DNA of 64,000 nt from Gallionellaceae bacterium UBA2239 (GTDB lineage: Bacteria > Pseudomonadota > Gammaproteobacteria > Burkholderiales > UBA9220), in assembly GCA_002347615.1 (NCBI GenBank), contig DDYH01000050.1, positions 12,753-76,752 on the forward strand. The letters are read 5' to 3'. The notes under the pieces were generated by a model that had not been told where the DNA came from, made no database searches, and saw only the letters and a program-made list of their open reading frames with translations. Below are positions 16,500 through 23,577 of this stretch, piece by piece. Within the stretch, counting starts at the first letter, position 1. Every line of letters begins with the position of its first letter. The position numbers were made by a program, and so were the translations under genes.

Positions 16500-18829
16500 G
16501 CCGCCCTCCTCCATGCCATGTCGTTACTTGCGCCACCCACCATCGGCATCGGGTTGCGGTTTTCAATCGGGCTGAAGTAGCGGTCGAAGGGGTTGCCGTA
16601 ATCGGCGGCGCTCCAGTCGAAGCCGGTGGCGGTGTAGTCGTCGTCGCCGTCGATGACGTCGTCGCCCGCTCCGCCCGCGAGGATGTCTTGCCCCTCCCCG
16701 CCGAAGAGGACGTCGTTGCTTGTTCCGCCCACGACGATGTCGTCGCCGGCGCCGCCGTTGAGCCAGTCGCCCTTCTGGCCGGTGCCGCCTTGGAGGTTGC
16801 CTTGGGTGATGGCGGTGGAGAGGTCAATTTCCGTGTCGGCGTAGAGGCGGTCGTTGCCTGCGCCGCCGTAGAGGATGTCGCTTCCTTCACCCCCTTCAAG
16901 AAGGTCGTTGCCCCCTCGGGTGGCGAGGAGCATGTCGTTGCCGCCCAGCCCTTGGACAAGGTCGTTGCCTTCGCCGTCGTAGAGCGTATCGTCACGGCCG
17001 GCTTCCTCGGTGCCGTCGGTGATGACGTTGTCCAGGTCGTCGGTGCGGTAGTCCTGGTTGGGCGGGTCGAAGTCGAGGGGGTGGAGGTCGCCGATAATGG
17101 TGCGGTCTACGGGAGCAGCATCCTCCGTGGCCAGATACAGGCCAAGGTCACCATCCTCGAAATTCTCGATGACGACGCGGGTTCCATCCGCCAAGGTCAA
17201 CGTGAGGTTGGCGTCTTTGGCAACGCTGATCGAGCGATCAGAAAGAAAAACATAATTTCCGGAAGCGTCCTTTTCGATGACACCGGAGATGACACGGCCT
17301 GTTTTGTCTTGGATGCGCCCCTGGCCGTCAGCGTCTTTTATCGTGTCGTAGCCCTCGATGATGTAGACGTCACTGCCAGCACCGCCGTCCAGAACATCGT
17401 CCCCTGCGCCGCCAACAAGCAGATCATTACCGCCGCCGCTGGATAAGGAATCGTTTCCCGATCCTCCAAGCATCAGGTCCTTCTTGTCGTCCTCCGTCGC
17501 CGTGGCAATCAAATTTCCTTCCGTAGCAAGCGAATAGCGGTCTACATTGCCATGGAAGGATATGGATAGTTCGTCATGGGCCTTGCGCAGTTCGCTATCC
17601 AGTTGCGCGAAGCTCTTTGCCACCCATTGGTCGTCTTCCGATTTGTGCTCGATCTGGACGCCGCCGCTCAGTGGCTTGAAGGCCGGGTCGAACGTGCCGG
17701 ATGCGATTCCATTCACGTGGTCCAACCCTTGCGCGTAGTGGAGATTGATGTCGAGGTCCACCAGCGCGGCTTTCAATGCGTCTGTGGCAAGCTCACCCTG
17801 AATGCGCCCGATGTCGCCTGCGAAGGCTTCCAGGGGGTTTTCGCCAGCCGTCTGCAGTTGGACCATGAGGTTGAGGAAGTTGATCTCAGCTTTACTAGGC
17901 GCTGTATTCCGCTCGGAGGTGAATATCTTTTGCAACACTTCCGGGTTGTTCTGGCTGGCGGCCAGGAATTCCGGCGATTGGAGAAACGCAGCCAGCAAGG
18001 GCATGTAGTGCAGGTCAACCGGGTCGCCGTTCAGGAGTGAATAGCCCCAGTCGTTGCCGGTGGTCGCTTTGGCATCGATTGCCTGTTCGTTGCCGGCGAT
18101 GTTGGTAACGTTGGCCGCGAGGAGGAGAATTGCGGGGTTGGAGAACAGGCCGAGCGCTACGGCGGCAATGCGCCCGGCGGGGGTTTGCGCCAGGGAGAGG
18201 ATTTCATCCTTGACGTAGATGGCGCTGACGTTTCCTTCGCGGGCGACGCGGGTGGGGCTGGGGAGGAGGGTGCCGGTCAGAGGGTCAACAGCGATATAGC
18301 CGGCAAAGGCGTCCGGCAAGGAGTAGCCTGCCGCTACAAGGGCCGCCTTGAGGCCGTTGACCACAATGGAGGAATCTGCCGATTTCTCGAAGGGCGCTTC
18401 GTCGAATACCTGTGCCGGCCGGTCAAAGTACACCGCCATCAGGGAAGCCAGGCCCCCACCCAGCGAGTGGCCGGTGAAGGTGATGGTCGCGCCGGGGTTG
18501 GCTTGGGCCACGTCCAGATAAAACTTGGCGGCATCGAGTACCTGAGGGGCAAGGGTCAGTCCGCTGCCTGCCGTGATGTTACCCGCCAGCCAATCTTTGG
18601 CTTTATCGAGCGATCCACCCTCGAAGGTGGTGCCGGTGTAGGCGATGGCAATCTCGCCGGTTTGAGTGTTTTGGTAGGCACGGGCGGTGAAGCCAGTGGC
18701 ATCGTTAATTCGATCGTCGAGTTTTACCCAGCCATCGGGGATTGGAATAGTGTTCTTATCACTGGTCACATCACGCTTTACCGCATAAGAATTGGCCGCC
18801 AGCAATGCATATTCAACATTAGTCGTCAT
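16496..18829 (-). CDS. Truncated RTX protein (777 aa) with an N-terminal alpha/beta-hydrolase lipase-like domain; orphan head cassette
   Basis: Nucleophile elbow FTGHSLGGGLASL in a class-3-lipase-like context. RTX nonapeptides are present (GGSGNDSLSSGGGNDLLVGGAGDDVLDGGAGSD). The protein then runs through the shared segment and ends ...NPMPMVGGASNDMAWRRAA-stop, at the point where the full-length paralogue continues VGGADILYGG... Confidence 0.85.
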   Translation of the reverse strand: MTTNVEYALLAANSYAVKRDVTSDKNTIPIPDGWVKLDDRINDATGFTARAYQNTQTGEIAIAYTGTTFEGGSLDKAKDWLAGNITAGSGLTLAPQVLDAAKFYLDVAQANPGATITFTGHSLGGGLASLMAVYFDRPAQVFDEAPFEKSADSSIVVNGLKAALVAAGYSLPDAFAGYIAVDPLTGTLLPSPTRVAREGNVSAIYVKDEILSLAQTPAGRIAAVALGLFSNPAILLLAANVTNIAGNEQAIDAKATTGNDWGYSLLNGDPVDLHYMPLLAAFLQSPEFLAASQNNPEVLQKIFTSERNTAPSKAEINFLNLMVQLQTAGENPLEAFAGDIGRIQGELATDALKAALVDLDINLHYAQGLDHVNGIASGTFDPAFKPLSGGVQIEHKSEDDQWVAKSFAQLDSELRKAHDELSISFHGNVDRYSLATEGNLIATATEDDKKDLMLGGSGNDSLSSGGGNDLLVGGAGDDVLDGGAGSDVYIIEGYDTIKDADGQGRIQDKTGRVISGVIEKDASGNYVFLSDRSISVAKDANLTLTLADGTRVVIENFEDGDLGLYLATEDAAPVDRTIIGDLHPLDFDPPNQDYRTDDLDNVITDGTEEAGRDDTLYDGEGNDLVQGLGGNDMLLATRGGNDLLEGGEGSDILYGGAGNDRLYADTEIDLSTAITQGNLQGGTGQKGDWLNGGAGDDIVVGGTSNDVLFGGEGQDILAGGAGDDVIDGDDDYTATGFDWSAADYGNPFDRYFSPIENRNPMPMVGGASNDMAWRRAA
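16530..17107 (-). repeat. Shared RTX segment, copy B (3' end of the lipase stub)
   Basis: See copy A. The identical out-of-frame ORF prefixes in the six-frame track (13914 and 16653) confirm the 2739-nt offset. Confidence 0.9.
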
Positions 18830-18859
18830 GATATGGGCTCCCTTGGTATGGTTAATTGG

Positions 18860-19582
18860 TCAGTGGCAGTCGTTGCGGGATGCGGGCAAAAAAACTTCCG
18901 CGGTATTTGTCGTTTGCACGTGGACGCTTCTGCATTCCTTACATGCGTCGCGGGCATATGTCGGGGGTTTGTTTCGCCCGCGGTAAGTTACCCATTCATT
19001 CAGGCCCGTTATTTCGGGTTTTTTTCGCATAAGCCAGTAGATATTCGTATCACGCGCCTCCTTTTGCGCGATAGTTACCAACCCGCGCACATCCCGCGAG
19101 CCATCATCGTCATATTCAGTGTTATTCAGCATGTTGTATCGCAGCCCCTTGGGATAGATTTCCGGGCCAATCTTTTTCCAGGTTCCATCTTCCCAGACAA
19201 AATATAGAGCGGAAGTGTCGGGATAGCCGTGCAACATGCATTGCTCACAACTACTGATTGACACCTTGACGTAAGCCTTACCATCGACGATGTCAAAAGT
19301 CTCGGGGAAATACCCAGGCTTCGATTTCCAGTGGATGCCCATGGGGGCATAGCAGAACTGCCAGTATTGGCGCGGTCCCCGATGAGAGAGCGGAAACCCG
19401 CTGGCGCCGAGTTCATCGTGTCGTTTGACGACGATGATCCGCCCGTCATGCAGCTTTACCTCTTCACTCCAGTCGAGCACCGTTGGGGCGCATTCGCCAT
19501 GGAGCGGTAGCATCATGACAATGCAAACCGTTAAAGCGCGCAACATTCGAGATACCAGTACGGTCCGTAAGTTAGTTTTCAT
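18860..19582 (-). CDS. Secreted/periplasmic Cys-rich hypothetical protein; candidate immunity protein (B)
   Basis: The N-terminus MKTNLRTVLVSRMLRALTVCIVMMLPLHG is signal-peptide-like, and there are 8 or more Cys. The ATG overlaps the stop of the stub remnant (ATGA). The gene is AT-richer than its flanks and unrelated in sequence to protein A. Confidence 0.7.
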   Translation of the reverse strand: MKTNLRTVLVSRMLRALTVCIVMMLPLHGECAPTVLDWSEEVKLHDGRIIVVKRHDELGASGFPLSHRGPRQYWQFCYAPMGIHWKSKPGYFPETFDIVDGKAYVKVSISSCEQCMLHGYPDTSALYFVWEDGTWKKIGPEIYPKGLRYNMLNNTEYDDDGSRDVRGLVTIAQKEARDTNIYWLMRKKPEITGLNEWVTYRGRNKPPTYARDACKECRSVHVQTTNTAEVFLPASRNDCH

Positions 19583-19683
19583 GCTGCCCTCCTATAATGA
19601 TCGTCATTGCTTGCACCACCCATCATCGGCATGGGATTGCGGTTTTCAATCGGGCTGAAGTAGCGGTCGAAGGGGTTGCCGTA
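19579..19683 (-). pseudogene. Remnant of a third RTX stub 3' end (junction only)
   Basis: Reads YGNPFDRYFSPIENRNPMPMMGGASNDDHYRRAA-stop. It is near-identical at nucleotide level to 16496-16600 and, in part, to 13801-13862. Homology ends at 19683. Confidence 0.8.
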
Positions 19684-19788
19684 GGGAGGTGCAGTTGGAT
19701 GCGCTGGCCCCCTTGGCCGGCTTCGTTAGGGTTGTCAGATTTCTGACCGCCGTTGACATAGGGAATTAATTTCCCTAGCATTCGGAAT

Positions 19789-20019
19789 ATGCCGCGTGTA
19801 AAGACTTTCTCAAGTTTCGCCCTCTGGTTGTATGCCAAGGAACGGCATCGCTTACCCCATGTCCATATCGAGGCGCCAGGCTTGCGCGCCACGCTGGCTA
19901 TCGAGACAGGCAAGGTGATGGTGGGTTTTGCCCCGGATGACCTGGTGCGCGAGGCACGGGCATACATTGCGGAAAATCGCGCCGCGCTGCTCGAAAAATG
20001 GAAGGAGTTGAACCCGTGA
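19789..20019 (+). CDS. DUF4160-family small protein
   Basis: 76 aa. The segment WLYAKERHRLPHVHIEAPG is the motif typical of DUF4160 (HxxPHxH). Confidence 0.65.
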   Translation: MPRVKTFSSFALWLYAKERHRLPHVHIEAPGLRATLAIETGKVMVGFAPDDLVREARAYIAENRAALLEKWKELNP

Positions 20020-20462
20020 ACAAGCCTGTTCTGATTACCGCCGTCGCCGCCGTTGAGTCTGGCGTCCTTGAGATTACCTTTGACGGCAAGAAGTCGTTTC
20101 GCGTCGATTTGCGGCGTGATATTGCCGACTACCCTGTCCTTGCTCCGCTTTCCGATCCCGCTTTGTTCGGCACTGTCCATGCGGATGAATTCGGCCATGC
20201 CGTGCGCTGGAACGATGACATTGATCTGGGCGCCGACGGGCTCTGGATGGAGGCCCATGTCCAGGCCGGGCTGGCGGTACGCTTTGAGGAGTTCGATGCC
20301 TGGCGCAAGCGAAACGGCCTGTCCCTGACGGATATTGCCAACATTCTTGGAGTCAGCCGCCGCACGGCGACAAATTATGCCGGGGGCTTTCATTTGATCC
20401 CGAAAATCGTCGGCTTGGCTATGGTCGGGTGGGAAACTCTCAAGGCCCGCAAGGCTGCCTAA
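19998..20462 (+). CDS. DUF2442-like protein with a C-terminal helix-turn-helix
   Basis: ITAVAAVESGVLEITFDGKKSFRVDL is DUF2442-like. The C-terminal LSLTDIANILGVSRRTATNYAGG is HTH-like. The real start may be the GTG at 20015, which overlaps the upstream stop (GTGA). Confidence 0.6.
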   Translation: MEGVEPVNKPVLITAVAAVESGVLEITFDGKKSFRVDLRRDIADYPVLAPLSDPALFGTVHADEFGHAVRWNDDIDLGADGLWMEAHVQAGLAVRFEEFDAWRKRNGLSLTDIANILGVSRRTATNYAGGFHLIPKIVGLAMVGWETLKARKAA

Positions 20463-20497
20463 GGCCACTGCGGTTCGGTTTTCCTTCCTGCTCGCCG

Positions 20498-22852
20498 TCA
20501 TTTTTCTTCCTCCTCCGGCGCATCGCTTTTCGTCTCCCCCTTCCCCCCCAACATCACCACCTCATCCACCTTCAGCCCCTTGGGCAGCTGATGGGTGATG
20601 AACAGCATCCCCACCTTGCCCCGCAGCTTGTTCACGGTCTGTGCGAAGTGTTCGGCGGTGTGCTGGTCCAGGTTGCTGGTGGCTTCGTCGAAGATGAGGA
20701 TTTTGGGTTGCTTGAGCAGGGCCCGGGCGATGGCGAGGCGCTGCTTCTGTCCGCCGGAGAGGCCGGAGCCGTGTTCGCCGATGGGGGTCTGGTAGCCCTG
20801 GGGGAGCTTGTCGATGACGTCATGGATTTCGGCCATGGAGCAGGCTTCGACGATCTGCGGGAAGCTGGCGTGGGGGTTGGCCATGAGGAGGTTGTCGTAG
20901 AGGGTGCCGGAGAAGAGGTAGGTTTCCTGGGGCACGACGCCGAAGTAGCTGCGCAGCTCGTTGGCGGCCAGGTGGCGGATGTCCCGGCCGTCGAGGAGGA
21001 TGCGGCCCTCGTTGGGGGTGTAGAAGCCTTGCAGCAGTTTGGCGAGGGTGCTCTTGCCGGAGCCTGAGGGGCCCATCATCACCACGCAGTGGCCGGGGAG
21101 GAGGTCGAGGCTTAAGTTGCGGTAGAGCCAGGGTAGGTCGTCGCCGTAGCGGAAGGAGATGCCTTCGATCTCCACCTTGCCGGCGGCGCCGGGGGCGCGG
21201 CTGGGCAGCAGGGTGTAGGGCTCGGTGGGGGCGGACATGACGTCCCCCAGGCGCTTGATGGAGATGGAGGCTTGCTGGAATTCCTGCCACAGGCCAACCA
21301 GGCGCATGACGGGGCCGGAGAGACGGCCGGAGAACATCTGGAAGGCCACCAGCATGCCGATGGTGAAGTCGGTATCGTGCATGACGATCCAGGCGCCGAC
21401 GCACAGGATGGCGAGGGTCTGTATCTGGTCCAGGGCGCTGGCGGCGGTGTTGTAGGTGTTGGACAGCTGCCGGGTGTTGAAGCCGGCGGCCAGGGCTTCG
21501 GCCAGGTAGTCGCCGTATTTGGCCTTGAGCTGGGGTTCCATCTGGAGGGATTTGACGGTCTCCATGCCTGCCACGTATTCGGTGACGAAGGCCTGGTTGC
21601 GGGCGCCCACCAGGAATTGCTTGTTGAGGCGCTCCCGGAACAGGGGCGTGACAATAAAGCTTAAGCTTGCGATGAGGACGAGAATGGCGAGGGAGATGAG
21701 AGTGAGCTTCCAGCTGTAGTAGAACATCACCGCCAGGAAGATGACCAGGAAGGGCAGGTCGAGGAGCAGGGAGACGGCGGTGCCGGTGATGAATTCGCGG
21801 ATGGTTTCCACGCCCTGGAGCCGGGCGACTACCGTGCCGGTGGGGCGGCGCTCGAAGTAGCGGGGCGGCAGGTGGACCAGGTGCTCGAAGACCTTGGTGC
21901 CGAGGACGGCGTCGATGCGGTTGCCGGTGTGGAGCACCAGGTATTGGCGCACCCAGGTCATGACGGCGGTGAACACCATGAAGGCCAGCAGGGCCAGGGC
22001 GATGACCACCAGGGTGCTTTGGGTGTGGTGGACGACGACCTTGTCGATGATTACCTGGGTGAACAGCGGCGTGGCAAGGCCCACCAGCTGGATGGCGAGG
22101 GAGGCGGCGAGGACTTCCTTCCACAGCTTCTTGTGCTTGAGGAGTTCGGGAACGAACCATTGGAAGCCGAAGGCGGCTTCGGGCTGGCCGTCTTCGTCGG
22201 GGAGGGGTTGGCCTTCCTTGGCGAAGAGGAGGGCCCAGGGTTCGAAGGCGGTTTCGAATTCTTCGGCGGTGGCGGTGCGGGGTTGTTCTTCGCCGGGGAG
22301 GAAGTAGAGGAGCTGGTCGCCTTCGGCTTTGAGGATGAGGGCGGGGCGGAGGGGTGGGGTAGGTGGTGCTGCGGTAGTTTCGTCGGATGGAGCATCGTCC
22401 GCATTTCCCTCTCCCCCTGCCCCTCCCCCGCTTGCGGGGGAGGGGAGCGAGAAGCTGTCCTCTTCTTCCACACTCCCCTCTCCCTCCGGGAGAGGGGCTG
22501 GGGGTGAGGAACAATCCTCCGGCTTGAGAAAGCCCAAGCACGGCAACGGAAAACGTTGCAAATCCCCAGCCGCAGCAGCGCGAATCCCCGAGCGCAGCTT
22601 CAGCCCCTGGGCGGCATGCTGGAGGCTGGCGAGGTGGTAAGGGGGCGGGAACTGCTGGAGCAGCAGGTTGGGGTCGAAGGGCTGGCGATGGAGCTGGCAC
22701 AGGCTGCCGAGACACCAGAGGAATGCATCCCGTTCCAAGAGCGCCGATAAATCAGCGTTCGGCCCCGGCTCTGGGACTTCACGATAGGACTCGATGTGGC
22801 GCAGGAGGGGCCGCGCCATATCAAATGCGTGTTTGTAGGCCGCGCGCAGCAC
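20498..22852 (-). CDS. Type I secretion ABC transporter (permease/ATPase) with an N-terminal C39-peptidase-like domain
   Basis: Walker A GPSGSGKST, signature LSGGQKQRLAIARAL, Walker B ILIFDEATS, and six TM helices. The N-terminal ~200 aa resemble the HlyB-type C39-like domain. The start is uncertain (M1 at 22852 or M12 at 22819). Confidence 0.9.
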   Translation of the reverse strand: MLRAAYKHAFDMARPLLRHIESYREVPEPGPNADLSALLERDAFLWCLGSLCQLHRQPFDPNLLLQQFPPPYHLASLQHAAQGLKLRSGIRAAAAGDLQRFPLPCLGFLKPEDCSSPPAPLPEGEGSVEEEDSFSLPSPASGGGAGGEGNADDAPSDETTAAPPTPPLRPALILKAEGDQLLYFLPGEEQPRTATAEEFETAFEPWALLFAKEGQPLPDEDGQPEAAFGFQWFVPELLKHKKLWKEVLAASLAIQLVGLATPLFTQVIIDKVVVHHTQSTLVVIALALLAFMVFTAVMTWVRQYLVLHTGNRIDAVLGTKVFEHLVHLPPRYFERRPTGTVVARLQGVETIREFITGTAVSLLLDLPFLVIFLAVMFYYSWKLTLISLAILVLIASLSFIVTPLFRERLNKQFLVGARNQAFVTEYVAGMETVKSLQMEPQLKAKYGDYLAEALAAGFNTRQLSNTYNTAASALDQIQTLAILCVGAWIVMHDTDFTIGMLVAFQMFSGRLSGPVMRLVGLWQEFQQASISIKRLGDVMSAPTEPYTLLPSRAPGAAGKVEIEGISFRYGDDLPWLYRNLSLDLLPGHCVVMMGPSGSGKSTLAKLLQGFYTPNEGRILLDGRDIRHLAANELRSYFGVVPQETYLFSGTLYDNLLMANPHASFPQIVEACSMAEIHDVIDKLPQGYQTPIGEHGSGLSGGQKQRLAIARALLKQPKILIFDEATSNLDQHTAEHFAQTVNKLRGKVGMLFITHQLPKGLKVDEVVMLGGKGETKSDAPEEEEK
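22420..22497. repeat. Two REP-like palindromes lying in frame inside the ABC transporter gene
   Basis: cccctcccccg-cttg-cgggggagggg (22420-22445) and cccctctccc-tcc-gggagagggg (22475-22497). They encode ...PLPEGEGSVEEEDSFSLPSPASGGGAGGEG... Confidence 0.8.
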
Positions 22853-23144
22853 GGCCAGGAGGCGCCCTCCTCCGTCTAGGACTTTTTTACCACGCCCATC
22901 TCCAAAAGCTTGTGATTATGGGAAACGGTCCGGTGGCCGCTTCTTCCATTTGTTTTCTTATGCTCTGCCCTGCCGGCAGCTTCTATGGCGCCGTGTCATG
23001 ACATCGTTATATCAATGCCTCGTCATATTTGGCACGAATATACCACTACGACGTCATGGATAAAGTCCGTACTTTTACGTACGGAGGGGTCAAGGGAGAA
23101 GCGGAGATGGGGGGATGACCGGAGGATTTTCAATCCAACCCAAG

Positions 23145-23416
23145 CCGCCGCCTCGTCGGAGCAGTCGGCGGGCATCGAGCAGGTGAACCAGGCCATCACC
23201 CAGATGGACGAGATCACCCAGCAGAACGCCGCCCTGGTGGAACAGGCGGCGGCGGCCGCCGAATCCATGCAGGGACAGGCAGAGCAGCTGGCCCGTGCGG
23301 TGGCCGTGTTCAAGCTGGACCGCGCCTCCGCCGTCACCGTGCCGAAAATATCCGCGGCCAGAAAGCGGCTCCATGTGGTGGGCGGCAGCGACGAGGAGGA
23401 GTGGGAGGCGTTCTGA
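23145..23416 (+). pseudogene. Orphan 3' fragment of the MCP gene (direct repeat copy 2); right boundary of the island
   Basis: Encodes [34 protein letters not shown]...[11 protein letters not shown]-stop, i.e. the last ~90 codons of the gene at 1933-4938. The upstream in-frame sequence is unrelated. Confidence 0.9.
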
Positions 23417-23577
23417 TTGCCGGGAAGGCGCGCCTACCTCCAAGTTAGGGATTGCCTTACGTAATTAGCGGTTTCCCCTACGTAGCTTTCCTTAGCGCCA
23501 ACCGGCATTTTCCTAATTGTACCGCGGCGGGAACATCGCTAGATTAAGCTCATCGAGACAACAGCCGGTGGTGAACC

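Noticed and set aside
19623-20501. A 292-aa minus-strand ORF spanning the stub remnant and the DUF4160/DUF2442 region.
   Set aside because: It is in the wrong frame relative to the conserved YGNPFDRYFSPIENRNP reading and lies antisense to two motif-bearing genes. Its composition is artefact-like.
4939-23144. A search for an integrase, excisionase, tRNA or conjugation genes that would explain island mobility.
   Set aside because: None of the ORFs in the island shows tyrosine- or serine-recombinase or DDE motifs, and I could not see any tRNA-like cloverleaf at either boundary.
22853-23144. An AT-richer 290-nt stretch between the ABC gene start and the orphan MCP fragment; possible promoter or att core.
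   Set aside because: It is plausibly the promoter region of the T1SS operon. However, I could not pick out a convincing -35/-10 pair or a repeat shared with the left island end, so no specific site is called.
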